Source of the DNA: Anolis carolinensis
Lineage: Eukaryota
Assembly: GCF_035594765.1 (NCBI RefSeq)
Contig: NW_026943824.1
Span: 1,126,050 to 1,190,049 of the forward strand
Direction of reading: 5' to 3'
Length of the DNA: 64,000 nt
Shown here: piece after piece, positions 12,801 to 24,900 of the stretch
Numbering within the stretch: position 1 is the first letter of the stretch
How the letters are laid out: each line of letters opens with the position of its first letter
Program-made: the position numbers and the translations under genes
The notes under the pieces: generated by a model
What the model was told of the DNA's origin: nothing
Seen by the model: the letters and a program-made list of their open reading frames with translations, nothing else
Databases searched by the model: none

Positions 12801-15800
12801 CATCCAGTCCAACCCCCTGCCAAGAAGCAGGAAATCGCATTCAAAGCACCCCCGACAGATGGCCATCCAGCCTCTGCTTAAAAGCCTCCAAGGAAGGAGC
12901 CTCCACCACAGCCCGGGGGAGAGAGTTCCACTGTCGAACAGCCCTCACAGTGAGGAAGTTCTTCCTGATGTTCAGGTGGAATCTCCTTTCCTGTAGTTTG
13001 AAGCCATTGTTCCGTGTCCTAGTCTGCAGGGCAGCAGAAAACAAGCCTGCTCCCTCCTCCCTATGACTTCCCTTCACGTATTTGTACATGGCTATCATGT
13101 CTCCTCTCAGCCTTCTCTTCTGCAGGCTAAACATGCCCAGCTCTTTAAGCCGCTCCTCATAGGGCTTGTTCTCCAGACCCTTAATCATTTTAGTCGCCCT
13201 CCTCTGGACGCTTTCCAGCTTGTCAACATCTCCCTTCAACTGTGGTGCCCAAAATTGGACACAGTATTCGAGTTGTGGTCTGACCAAGGCAGAATAGAGG
13301 GGGAGCAGGACTTCCCTGGATCTAGACGCTATTCCCCTATTGATGCAGGCCAGAATCCCGTTGGCTTTTTTAGCTGCTGCATCACATTGTTGGCTCATGT
13401 TTAACTTGTTGTCCACGAGGACTCCAAGGTCTTTTTCGCACACACTGCTGTCAAGCCAGGCGTCCCCCATTCTGTATCTTTGATTTCCATTTTTTCTGCC
13501 GAAATGAAGTATCTTGCATTTGTCCCTGTTGAACTTCATTTTGTTAGTTTCGGCCCATCTCTCTAGTTTGTCAAGATCATTTTGAATTCTGCTCCTGTCT
13601 TCTGGAGTGTTAGCTATCCCTCCCAGTTTTGTGTCGTCTGCAAACTTGATGATCGTGCCTTCTAACCCTTCGTCTAAGTCGTTAATAAAGATGTTGAACA
13701 GAACCGGGCCCAGGACGGAGCCCTGCGGCACTCCACTTGTCACTTCTTTCCATGATGAAGATGACGCATTGGTGAGCACCCTTTGGGTTCGTTCGCTTAG
13801 CCAATTGCAGATCCACCTAACCGTAGTTTTGTCTAGCCCACATTTTACTAGTTTATTTGCCAGAAGGTTGTGGGGGACTTTGTCGAAGGCCTTACTGAAA
13901 TCCAGGTAGGCTACATCCACAGCATTCCCTGTATCGACCCAACTCGTAACTCTATCGAAAAAAGAGATCAGATTAGTCTGGCATGACTTGTTTTTGGTAA
14001 ATCCGTGTTGACTATTAGCAATGACCGCATTTGTTTCTAAGTGTTCGCAGACCACTTCCTTGATGATCTTTTCCAGAATCTTGCCTGGTATCGATGTGAG
14101 GCTGACCGGACGGTAATTGTTTGGGTCGTTCTTTTTTCCCTTCTTGAAGATAGGGACCACATTCGCCCTCCTCCAATCTGCTGGGACTTCTCCCGTTCTC
14201 CAAGAACTCTCGAAGATAATTGCTAGTGGTTCTGAAATAACTTCCGCTAATTCCTTCAATACTCTTGGATGTAGCTGATCTGGCCCTGGGGACTTGAATT
14301 CGTTTAGAGAGGCCAGGTGTTCCTGGACAACTTGTTTCCCTATTTGGGGTTGGAGTTCCCCCAATCCTTCGCCCATTCCATGTTGCTGAGGTTGAAGATG
14401 GCTTTCTTTTTGTGAGAAGACCGAGGCAAAGAAGGCATTGAGCAGTTCTGCCTTTTCCCTGTCCCCTGTCGCCATCACCCCATCTTCTCCTTGCAGAGGC
14501 CCTATCGCCTCCTTTTTCTTCCTTTTTCTACCAACGTAAGCAAAAAAGCCTTTTTTGTTGTTTTTTATGTCCCTGGCAAGCCTGAGCTCATTTTGTGCTT
14601 TAGCCTTGCGAACCTTTTCCCTACAGGTGTTGGCTATACGTTTGAATTCTTCTTTGGTGATTTCTCCCCTTTTCCACTTCTTGTGCATGTCACTTTTGAG
14701 CTTTAGCTCAGTTAGAAGTTCTTTGGACATCCATTCTGGCTTCTTTGCACTTGTCTTATTTTTCTTCTTTGTTGGCACTGTTTGCATTTGCGCCTTGAGT
14801 ATTTCACTTTTGAAAAACTCCCATCCATCCTTAACTCCCTTGTTTTTTAATATCGGCGTCCATGGAATGCCGCTCAGTAATTCCTTCATTTTTTGGAAGT
14901 CAGCTCTCTTAAAGTCGAGAATGCGTGTTTGACTTGTCTTAGTTTCAGCATTCCTTTGTATTGCAAACTCCAGGAGCACATGGTCACTTGCCCCTAAGGA
15001 TCCAACCACTTCAACTGTATTGATCAGGTCTTCAACATTTGTTAAGATTAGATCAAGAGTTGCTGATCCTCTTGTTGCCTCTTCTACCTTCTGGACCATA
15101 AAGTTGTCTGCAAGGCAAGTGAGGAATTTGTTGGACTTTGTACTCTTGGATGAGTTTGTTTTCCAGCAGATATCGGAATAATTGAAATCGCCCATGACTA
15201 CTATATCTCTTCTTTGTGCCTGTTTGGTCAGCTGTTGACAGAAGGCTTCATCAAGTCCTTCATCCTGACTCGGAGGTCTGTAGTAGACACCCACAACAAG
15301 ATCTTTTTGAGTCCCGGTTCCCTTGATTCTTATCCAGATGCTTTCTAGCTGGTTTCCCAGATTACAGTCTTGCATTTCTTCTGCAACGTAACTGTTTTTG
15401 ACATATAAAGCTACTCCCCCTCCTCTCCTTTTTGTTCTATTTCTGTGAAAGAGGTTATAGCCCTCAATGGCTACATTCCAGTGATGGGAGTCATCCCACC
15501 AGGTTTCAGTGATGCCTATGACATCGTATGTGTGGTGCTGTGCTAAGAGTTGGAGTTCGTCTTGCTTATTTCCCATGCTCTGAGCGTTGGTGTAAAGACA
15601 TGTAAGCCCCTGTGACCTCCCCTTGAGCTGTTTATTTGGGATTATTGTGCTCTCCGTACTTGGTCCTTGCTGTGTTTGTGCAACCCTCCGTTTAGCCTTT
15701 TGGCGGTTCCCTGTGGTTGTGGGTAATACAGTGTTCGCCAGGCTGTTGTTCCCCTCCCCCAGTGGATCTAGTTTAAAGTGCGCCTGATGAGGTTTGTGAG

Positions 15801-18800
15801 TCTGTGTGCAAAAAGATGTTTTCCTGCTTGTGTGAGATGCACCCCATCACTTGCCAATAGGCCATCCTCCTGGAAGAGTAGACCATGGTCAAGGAAGCCA
15901 AAATGCTCCTCTTGGCACCATTTTCTGAGCCAGTTATTGACCTGTACTATTTTTCCGGCCCTTGTAGAGCCGTGTCCTACAACGGGGAGGAGGGATGAAA
16001 AGATCACATGTACATTATACAGTTTTAGCTTTGTTCCCAGAGCTCGAAAATCATTTGTGATCTTTTGAAAAGTATGCCTAGCGGTGTCATTGGTACCTAC
16101 ATGAATCAACATAAGGTGGGGAGGGTGATGGGGCTTTAGGAGCCTGCTGAGCCTCTGAGTGATATGGTGTATTTTTGCCCCCGGGAGGCAGCATGTTTCT
16201 CGAGCCATCCCATCCGGTCTGGAAATGATGGCTTCCGTTCCTCTAAGGAGGGAGTCACCTACTACCAAGACCTGTTTCCTTTGAGGATTGACCGGGTCCC
16301 TTTTGTGCAAGACAGTGTGTATGTCCCCTGAAGAGTGTTCCTGTTGAAGTGAATCATGCAGGTGTAAAGTGTTGTCCTCCTCCTCAACATCCCCAGTGCA
16401 TTCATCAATGACAATCCATTGAGATACATCCGAGAGCCCATTACTCTCCCAAGGATGTTCCTGTTGCTCCTGGTCTACGATTGGGGATGGAGCATTTGCA
16501 TGATTACATAAGTGTGAATGTGGTGATGCACTGTCCCCGTCCGGGCTATCCCCTGCGCATTGATCAAGGGTGGCCCACTGAGTGGTATCTAAGAAACTGT
16601 GGTCCTCCACAAGATGTGTTTCCTGATTGTATGTTAATGGTGTTAGAATTTCAAATCTGTTGTGTAAATGCAGCTGAGCAGAGGAGTTCTGCGGAGGCTG
16701 CCTGGTCCTGTGTCTCCTTCTATGGGTGACCTCCTTCCAAGCCTGAGGGTTGTCTACCTGTGAGTTGATCTCCCCATAAGGTTCCTGATCATGTTCATGG
16801 TGGTGTTGGTGTGATGCAGGCTGCAGATCTACAGCAGTGTGTTGTGCAGTGTCCAAGAAGAGCTCGAGTGCCTGAATGTCCTTAAGGGTCTTAATACGGT
16901 GCTCGAGCTGTTGGATCCTCTGCTCCATCAGAGTCATCTGTTTGCATTTGGAGCAGATGTAGTTGACTAGTTTTTGTGTGAAAAAGCAGAACATGCCACA
17001 GCTGGTGCATGTGGTGGCAAGTATTTGCTGTTGGTCCATCTCTTGGTGAGTGAAGTGACCGAGGAGGATTGTATGTGTTATGGGCAGAATGCTATCCCCT
17101 TCCTGTGTGTGTATTTTTAAAGTTGTTTTGTTTATTGTATATACTGTAAGAATGTGTTTTGCTGTAGTGGTGGGTGCACACTCTCAGGTTTTTAAGGAAA
17201 TATTAGACAGGCCTTACCTAAACCAAGGAGCAAGCTGCTTTCCTGCTTCCTCTCCTCACCTCTGCGTGAACTCTGGCTCAGAAAGCTTCAACAGGAAGCC
17301 AACACTTTCAATAACAATAGCCTTGCCTCACCTTCCAAACAATGGCAGAACAGCAAGCCTTAATTACAGCTAGCCCACACTCAAGAATCAGCCCAGACTC
17401 AGGTTTTTAAAGGTAAAAGAGTCCAACAAACACAGGTTTTTAAGGCTTTTAAGGCTGTCTAAGAAAAGAGTAGGCAATCTAAGAAAAGAGTGCACACTCT
17501 CAGGTTTTTAAGGAATTATTAGACAGGCCTTACCTAAACCAAGGAGCAAGCTGCTTTCCTGCTTCCTCTCCTCACCTCTGCGTGAACTCTGGCTCAGAAA
17601 GCTTCAACAGGAAGCCAACACTTTCAATAACAATAGCCTTGCCTCACCTTCCAAACAATGGCAGAACAGCAAGCCTTAATTACAGCTAGCCCACACTCAA
17701 GAATCAGCCCAGACTCAGGTTTTTAAAGGTAAAAGAGTCCAACAAACACAGGTTTTTAAGGCTTTTAAGGCTGTCTAAGAAAAGAGTAGGCAATCTAAGA
17801 AAAGAGTGCACACTCTCAGGTTTTTAAGGAATTATTAGACAGGCCTTACCTAAACCAAGGAGCAAGCTGCTTTCCTGCTTCCTCTCCTCACCTCTGCGTG
17901 AACTCTGGCTCAGAAAGCTTCAACAGGAAGCCAACACTTTCAATAACAATAGCCTTGCCTCACCTTCCAAACAATGGCAGAACAGCAAGCCTTAATTACA
18001 GCTAGCCCACACTCAAGAATCAGCCCAGACTCAGGTTTTTAAAGGTAAAAGAGTCCAACAAACACAGGTTTTTAAGGCTTTTAAGGCTGTCTAAGAAAAG
18101 AGTAGGCAATCTAAGAAAAGAGTGCACACTCTCAGGTTTTTAAGGAATTATTAGACAGGCCTTACCTAAACCAAGGAGCAAGCTGCTTTCCTGCTTCCTC
18201 TCCTCACCTCTGCGTGAACTCTGGCTCAGAAAGCTTCAACCGGAAGCCAACACTTTCAATAACAATAGCCTTGCCTCACCTTCCAAACAATGGCAGAACA
18301 GCAAGCCTTAGTTACAGCTAGCCCACACTCAAGAATCAGCCCAGACTCAGGTTTTTAAAGGTAAAAGAGTCCAACAAACACAGGTTTTTAAGGCTTTTAA
18401 GGCTGTCTAAGAAAAGAGTAGGCAATCTAAGAAAAGAGTGCACACTCTCAGGTTTTTAAGGAATTATTAGACAGGCCTTACCTAAACCAAGGAGCAAGCT
18501 GCTTTCCTGCTTCCTCTCCTCACCTCTGCGTGAACTCTGGCTCAGAAAGCTTCAACAGGAAGCCAACACTTTCAATAACAATAGCCTTGCCTCACCTTCC
18601 AAACAATGGCAGAACAGCAAGCCTTAATTACAGCTAGCCCACACTCAAGAATCAGCCCAGACTCAGGTTTTTAAAGGTAAAAGAGTCCAACAAACACAGG
18701 TTTTTAAGGCTTTTAAGGCTGTCTAAGAAAAGAGTAGGCAATCTAAGAAAAGAGTGCACACTCTCAGGTTTTTAAGGAATTATTAGACAGGCCTTACCTA

Positions 18801-20134
18801 AACCAAGGAGCAAGCTGCTTTCCTGCTTCCTCTCCTCACCTCTGCGTGAACTCTGGCTCAGAAAGCTTCAACAGGAAGCCAACACTTTCAATAACAATAG
18901 CCTTGCCTCACCTTCCAAACAATGGCAGAACAGCAAGCCTTAATTACAGCTAGCCCACACTCAAGAATCAGCCCAGACTCAGGTTTTTAAAGGTAAAAGA
19001 GTCCAACAAACACAGGTTTTTAAGGCTTTTAAGGCTGTCTAAGAAAAGAGTAGGCAATCTAAGAAAAGAGTGCACACTCTCAGGTTTTTAAGGAATTATT
19101 AGACAGGCCTTACCTAAACCAAGGAGCAAGCTGCTTTCCTGCTTCCTCTCCTCACCTCTGTGTGAACTCTGGCTCAGAAAGCTTCAACAGGAAGCCAACA
19201 CTTTCAATAACAATAGCCTTGCCTCACCTTCCAAACAATGGCAGAACAGCAAGCCTTAATTACAGCTAGCCCACACTCAAGAATCAGCCCAGACTCAGGT
19301 TTTTAAAGGTAAAAGAGTCCAACAAACACAGGTTTTTAAGGCTTTTAAGGCTGTCTAAGAAAAGAGTAGGCAATCTAAGAAAAGAGTGCACACTCTCAGG
19401 TTTTTAAGGAATTATTAGACAGGCCTTACCTAAACCAAGGAGCAAGCTGCTTTCCTGCTTCCTCTCCTCACCTCTGCGTGAACTCTGGCTCAGAAAGCTT
19501 CAACAGGAAGCCAACACTTTCAATAACAATAGCCTTGCCTCACCTTCCAAACAATGGCAGAACAGCAAGCCTTAATTACAGCTAGCCCACACTCAAGAAT
19601 CAGCCCAGACTCAGGTTTTTAAAGGTAAAAGAGTCCAACAAACACAGGTTTTTAAGGCTTTTAAGGCTGTCTAAGAAAAGAGTAGGCAATCTAAGAAAAG
19701 AGTGCACACTCTCAGGTTTTTAAGGAATTATTAGACAGGCCTTACCTAAACCAAGGAGCAAGCTGCTTTCCTGCTTCCTCTCCTCACCTCTGCGTGAACT
19801 CTGGCTCAGAAAGCTTTAGAGCTGCTTTAAAACTACTTAAAATGTATATTTGGGGTCCAAGCTGTTATCATTTAGTTGTCGCATAGAACCCATCAACTCC
19901 AGGAATTTAATGAATAACAACCTATTTCGCACATTTAACCTTTTTAACATTTCCTACATACAACCTTCTAGATTTCTTTTAATTGGTTTGAGAAAGTAAA
20001 CAAAAATTGTCTCAAACAACCCCTTTACGTTCAAGGTTGCCCTCTATATACAAGAACATCTCCAAAGGTAGGCGGCTTAAACTGACTGGTTTGTTTTGGT
20101 TCTAGAGCACGACCGCTGGAGGAAGTATCACTGA
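9877..20134 (+). CDS. ATP5MF: ATP synthase membrane subunit f, 89 aa; exons 9877-9892, 11736-11843, 12373-12489, 20106-20134
   Basis: GT-AG splicing gives [95 protein letters not shown] at 20250-20255. Synteny with CPSF4/PTCD1 fits. Confidence 0.95.
10117..10210. mobile_element. Short foldback MITE core (long perfect inverted repeat)
   Basis: CCCTCCAGGTGTTCTGGACTCCAACTCCCACAATTCCTAACAGC followed by its exact reverse complement. Relatives near 34701, 35336, 41590, 45565, 54480, 56505, 57897. Confidence 0.75.
10225..10745. mobile_element. Penelope-like element (PLE) terminal-repeat fragments in both orientations; continues 11428-11690
   Basis: CTGACGTTTCGCCTGCATCTGTGG...CATCCTCAGAGG (minus strand) and downstream sequence are shared with the GIY-YIG-linked copy at 38548-39820. 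Confidence 0.65.
11095..11398. mobile_element. Tc1/mariner-type MITE
   Basis: TIR CAGTAGAGTCTC(A/G)CTTA(T/G)CCAA flanked by TA. Further copies at 22601-22888, 36207-36529, 38712-39201, 51058-52372, 51568-51872, 55038-55345, 56415-56500. Confidence 0.85.
12841..15576 (-). CDS. CR1 ORF2: APE endonuclease + reverse transcriptase (911 aa from first ATG; frame is open from 15846)
   Basis: APE motifs GITETWW, YRPP, MGDFN, LDLIL, SDH; RT motifs [34 protein letters not shown]; CR1 C-terminus FKQRLD. No stops. Confidence 0.96.
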   Translation of the reverse strand: MGNKQDELQLLAQHHTYDVIGITETWWDDSHHWNVAIEGYNLFHRNRTKRRGGGVALYVKNSYVAEEMQDCNLGNQLESIWIRIKGTGTQKDLVVGVYYRPPSQDEGLDEAFCQQLTKQAQRRDIVVMGDFNYSDICWKTNSSKSTKSNKFLTCLADNFMVQKVEEATRGSATLDLILTNVEDLINTVEVVGSLGASDHVLLEFAIQRNAETKTSQTRILDFKRADFQKMKELLSGIPWTPILKNKGVKDGWEFFKSEILKAQMQTVPTKKKNKTSAKKPEWMSKELLTELKLKSDMHKKWKRGEITKEEFKRIANTCREKVRKAKAQNELRLARDIKNNKKGFFAYVGRKRKKKEAIGPLQGEDGVMATGDREKAELLNAFFASVFSQKESHLQPQQHGMGEGLGELQPQIGKQVVQEHLASLNEFKSPGPDQLHPRVLKELAEVISEPLAIIFESSWRTGEVPADWRRANVVPIFKKGKKNDPNNYRPVSLTSIPGKILEKIIKEVVCEHLETNAVIANSQHGFTKNKSCQTNLISFFDRVTSWVDTGNAVDVAYLDFSKAFDKVPHNLLANKLVKCGLDKTTVRWICNWLSERTQRVLTNASSSSWKEVTSGVPQGSVLGPVLFNIFINDLDEGLEGTIIKFADDTKLGGIANTPEDRSRIQNDLDKLERWAETNKMKFNRDKCKILHFGRKNGNQRYRMGDAWLDSSVCEKDLGVLVDNKLNMSQQCDAAAKKANGILACINRGIASRSREVLLPLYSALVRPQLEYCVQFWAPQLKGDVDKLESVQRRATKMIKGLENKPYEERLKELGMFSLQKRRLRGDMIAMYKYVKGSHREEGAGLFSAALQTRTRNNGFKLQERRFHLNIRKNFLTVRAVRQWNSLPRAVVEAPSLEAFKQRLDGHLSGVL
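15768..17039 (-). CDS. CR1 ORF1: N-terminal C4 zinc finger + coiled coil, C-terminal SGNH/GDSL esterase domain, 423 aa
   Basis: CTSC-x14-CSKC followed by heptad repeats; SGNH blocks [25 protein letters not shown]. Confidence 0.93.
   Translation of the reverse strand: MDQQQILATTCTSCGMFCFFTQKLVNYICSKCKQMTLMEQRIQQLEHRIKTLKDIQALELFLDTAQHTAVDLQPASHQHHHEHDQEPYGEINSQVDNPQAWKEVTHRRRHRTRQPPQNSSAQLHLHNRFEILTPLTYNQETHLVEDHSFLDTTQWATLDQCAGDSPDGDSASPHSHLCNHANAPSPIVDQEQQEHPWESNGLSDVSQWIVIDECTGDVEEEDNTLHLHDSLQQEHSSGDIHTVLHKRDPVNPQRKQVLVVGDSLLRGTEAIISRPDGMARETCCLPGAKIHHITQRLSRLLKPHHPPHLMLIHVGTNDTARHTFQKITNDFRALGTKLKLYNVHVIFSSLLPVVGHGSTRAGKIVQVNNWLRKWCQEEHFGFLDHGLLFQEDGLLASDGVHLTQAGKHLFAHRLTNLIRRTLN
17174..19816 (-). 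repeat. CR1 5'UTR tandem monomer array: 8 x 316 bp + 115 bp
   Basis: GTGCACACTCTCAGG recurs at 17174, 17490, 17806, 18122, 18438, 18754, 19070, 19386, 19702. Only a handful of substitutions. Confidence 0.96.
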
Positions 20135-21975
20135 ACCAGAAGGATGCATTTTGCCATTCTGAATTCTGATAGGAGACCCTCTCAGCTGGAGGCAGCTTGG
20201 CTCTTACATGTGGATTTCTGTTCTGGCATCAGTTATGTACCCCGAGACCAATAAAAATATATACCGTGAATGTGACTTGTGGAACTTATTTGAGTACTAT
20301 AAGAAGAGGATAATAAATTTTAGTTCATTGAATGGGAGACGATGGTTCAAATCTCTGCTTAGCCACAGAAACCCATTGGGTGGGATTCAGGAAGTCAAAC
20401 CCTCACCGAGAAAGGCAATGTTGTTGAAAAAACACTATATACCGGTAAGCCAGAAATCACTTTACAGTGCAGAAGGTGTGGATATTACTAGCAATGCATA
20501 GTATAGAACTGACAAAATAGTACAAATAGTGTGTTTAAAATTTAAGTATAGGCTAACTTCCATTCTGTTAATATATTCCTGAGGTAATGGTAGAAAATAA
20601 CATGAGGCACTTCTTTTAAAAAATATTTTAATTGATCCTGAATGTGTCATTCTGAAGCAGGGCTCCATTTATGTTCCTCCTGGGCACGTATTGCTTTCTG
20701 CCCTGTGCCTTCAAGTTAGATTTGATTTAAACAAACAGGCTGTTATTTTAGTTTAACAGACTATCACAAGTGAGCATAGGAAAGAAAGACGTAAAGAAAC
20801 AATCATGGCAGTTTTTTCAAGGGTTGAATTGTACAGCAAATTTCAGATGCCTTTGCTATTTTGTGTTAACAGAACTGTAAACATGGGAAGTCTGCAAACG
20901 TATTTGGCTCAGAAGGATAACCGTTCTAATAACTGGTCAATCCCTGCAGGAGATAAGAGTGCAAGCAAGTTCAAAAGGTGTTTTTAATCAGGAGCCAAGT
21001 CTCTGTAGCCCACGCCACAGAAAGGACATCCTTCTGACAGTATGCAAACTTTTCACACGTATTTTGGTCAAAATGGTGACCAGAGCTACCATTGCATATC
21101 TTCCACGTGCCACCTTAGCAGAGAAAAAGCGGTGCTGGGGAAAGGTAGTGGGACATATTTTCATTTACTTGTACCATAAGGGGTAAAAATTGCTCAGAAA
21201 GCAAAATAAAAAATTAAAGGCGGGGATTATATGCAGCCCTACGCAGTTTGTACAAAAATGACAACTGGAAAGGACCCAATTGCTACATGGATTCCTTCAC
21301 CCTTCCTATATTGGTAATGGCTTCTAAGGCTGGAATCAATTTGATTTTGGTTCTCACAGAACATTACCAATTGTCCTAAGTCTATACTTGCTTCTTCCAT
21401 GGGCACAGAAAGGCCTTCACAGGCTTCTTTGATCTTGACATAATTCAGAGGTAAGCCCTCTAACTTTTATCCAGTTGCAGTGAATCTCTTCTTCCCTCCA
21501 AAACATAAAAATGGACTGCTGCAGGTACGGTAGCTAAGTAAATTGTTTCCACCAGAAATCCTTGTACCAAACACCTTCCAAGTTGTGTAAGATGTGTTGT
21601 CTTGTGAATAAATGCATTGTATTTAGCAATTCAACCAAAACAAAAACAAAAATACGGCTTCCAGGCCAAACATACTGAAACAATAAGTGCCTGTTCCACA
21701 CACTGGATTTAGGGAGACACCTGTATTAGGTTTGTCTTCACCAATTTCTCCACAGTATTTGAACAAAGGCAAATACTACAGCTATTATTTGTCCTTAAAT
21801 AGCTGTATCTTCTTTCCTTAAGAGGTTAAACTATGACATACAAAAAGAAGGCGACCGATGAGTTGTTCACAGTTAACCACTCCTTTCGAGATAGGCATTA
21901 AGAAGTGAAATAGTTCCAAGAAAGTGTTATATACAATCTGGCTCCCGTATAAAAAGTGCTGTACAATGTCCTGGC

Positions 21976-24900
21976 TCATTGTCCACTAAGGAAAGCCAAA
22001 TGTCCTTTGGTACATCTGTTGGCATAATGTCCTTTTTCACCACACTGTTGGGAAAAAGAGGAAAAAAACACAAAATCAAAACACATTAAGTTATAATATT
22101 GGCTGAAATCTTCATCATAGGTTCCAAAACTGTACACAAAATATTCCTAAATGTTCACCAACTCCGCCACTACACAGGTCAGAGAAAGAATGAACATCTT
22201 ACATGAAAACACTAGTATGGTTTACTATGATCATGCCTAAGGACCTCTGAGTTTGGGGAATAGGATTCAAACCCTTCCATTCAACTCTTTCCCTTACGAC
22301 AAAAGCCACTGTCAACGTACCTTGTAACAGGTGACCTGCTCCAGCGGCCGAGGGCCTCTGTTTCCTATGCTATTGCTTTGAGACTGCATGACGCCAATGA
22401 CCTGAGGAGTCCGCTGTTGGTTGGGAGAAGAGTTCAGGCTTGTTAACTGGATGAGGGAGGACGACCTCTGCAATGGCGGGTTGTTGTTTGGCTGAGGAGG
22501 AAAAACAACCATGCACATCGTAATTGCTCATCAGAGAACCAGCTTCAAACCATCACATAGAAACACATTCCCTTACACTTTAATATACAATATCAAAATA
22601 CAGTAGAGTCTCACTTATCCAAACTAAACGGGCCGACAGAAGCTTGGATAAGCAAATATCTTGGATAATAAGGAGGGATTAAGGAGAAGCCTATTAAACA
22701 TCAAATTAGGTTATGATTTTACAAATTAAGCACCAAAACATCATGTTATACAACAAATTTGACAGAAAAAGTAGTTCAATAGGCAGTAATGTTATGTTGT
22801 AATTACTGTATTTACGACTTTAGCACCAAAATATCATGATATATTGAAAACATTGACTACAAAAATGGCTTGGATTATCCAGAGGCTTGCGGCTGGCATG
22901 ACTGCATGGAGCACCGTTATCTTCCCGCCAGAGCGGTACCTATTGATCTACTCACACTTGTATGTTTTCGAACTACTCAGTTGGCAGGAGCTGGGGCTAA
23001 CAGCAGGCGCTCATTCCGCTCCCGGAATTTGAACCTGGGACCTTTTGGTCCACAAGTTCAGCAGCTCAGTGCTTTAACACACTTGCCACCGAGGCTCCTG
23101 TAGATTAGTTAGATTAGTTAAATTAGCTAAATTAGCCTCCCCGCATAAATTGGTACCTACATTTCCTACTCGAGAGATGCAACTGTCTTTCAGGCTGCAT
23201 AGGTCAACAGCAAACTAGACTATTAATGGTCGGGACCCGGATTGGCTTTGAACTCATGACCTCTCGGTCAGTAGTGATGTATTGCAGTTTTCAAGCTATC
23301 CTATAGCTATGCATTTCGTTTTTATTTGCACATTCTCTCCAGCCACTTTTGCCCTCTATTAAGCCTGGAACGCGAAGACTGGGTTTCCCGTTGCCTCTCC
23401 ATCATGCCAGTGATATGAAGTATTAAAAGCAAAAGCTCTTATTCTAATATGTTCCTTTTGGCCAAGGATTTACAAATGCAGCATAAAGAATGATCTGGTC
23501 TTAAAATCCAAAATCGTATTTCAAAATGCACTGGTTCCTACTAGATGGGGCTGGAATATATCATTAAAAATTAAGCTGTCACATGTGCTGCACCCACTCT
23601 TAGCATGCATATCTTTCAATACAGAAGCAGCATCCTGATAAGCAAGGATACTTCAGGATGTAACCCACACAACAGCTAATGGAAATATCAGGAGTACACT
23701 GGTGTCCAGAAAAGAAATACTCTTAATTCAAAAAGAGAAATGACTTGTAATGATGGACCAACTTTACTTTGCAATGCCATCGCTGAAATCTCTGTATATT
23801 TTTGTTGCCTCAACTCATTGAAGCAACTATTCTGTAAGGAATGTGGCCATCTATTAGAGATTGGCTCAAGCTATTTCAATGAATCCACCATTTAAAGAAA
23901 AAAGAAATACAAGCTCAGACATTTTGAAGATAATTTAACATTTGGAGGAGGCAACTGAAAATCTACGTACCTTTTGCTGTGGTTGTGTTGGTGGAGGCAG
24001 TGGAGGTTGCTCTGTGGTTCCCATGGGAAGCTCAAATCGCGGGCTGTTTTTTAAAAGAAAAATTCATTACTAAACACACAAGCCACTGATTAAAATGTTA
24101 CTATTTACATTTAACTTGAAAGGTATACTTAGTCTGAAAAACTGAGAAATATTTTTCCATGTGTAATTTTGCTGTATGAGTAGAGAAACTGCACAATACT
24201 GAGGATATATTTCCTAGACATAGTTACTGCATAAAGTTTTATAGTACAAGGGTTAGAGAAGCAAGCAAGGCCTCTTGTTATCAAATAGTAGTTTTGGGGG
24301 ACTAGTCCAGTCCAAGAAGCAAAGCCCACTTGAAATGTATAACTAAGCCACACTGGAGAGTGGCTAGCCCTTGAAGCAAAAGCAAGAGGAGTATGTGCTA
24401 ACATAAGCATGAAATCAACACAGAGGCTTCTAAGATACATACTTGAATGGAGGAAAGTCCGTCACCCACCCTCTGACATTTATAAATGGACATAGGAGGA
24501 ACTTTAACAAGAACATGTATAGGCCAATGTGTGGCATAAGATATACTGTTGACGTTTAGACAGGAGATAATCCTGAAGTGTACTCACTGCATGAATTTGC
24601 AGGCAGGGCCCTCTGGACAAAAACCCACCAGGTAATTGACACAAATAACACGCCGTGTATGTCTGTGTCTGCAGAGTGGACCTGCAAGATACACAATTGC
24701 AAGAAATATATTTATTTACATTATTTATGTAAAGAGTGAGGAAGTGTTGGCTAGCACCAGCATGCTCCATAAAGCAGTGTCTTCTGATGTTTCTCATTTT
24801 CAGATACAAAAGAGAAAGTAACCGAAATGGATACAATGAAGATACTTTTAAGCAATCATACAGTGTATCAGAACCAACAATAACATCCCATATACATACC

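Larger units (their letters stand above)
12751..19820 (-). mobile_element. Full-length CR1-clade LINE (~7.07 kb), antisense in ATP5MF intron 3
   Basis: Has an (ATTCTATG)n 3' tail at 12752-12775, a short 3'UTR, intact ORF2 and ORF1, and a monomeric 5'UTR. Candidate TSD/microhomology TTAGA at 12751-12755 and 19816-19820. Confidence 0.95.

Noticed and set aside
15768-17039. Captured host lipase/esterase gene
   Set aside because: SGNH esterase domains are an established part of CR1-clade ORF1 proteins.
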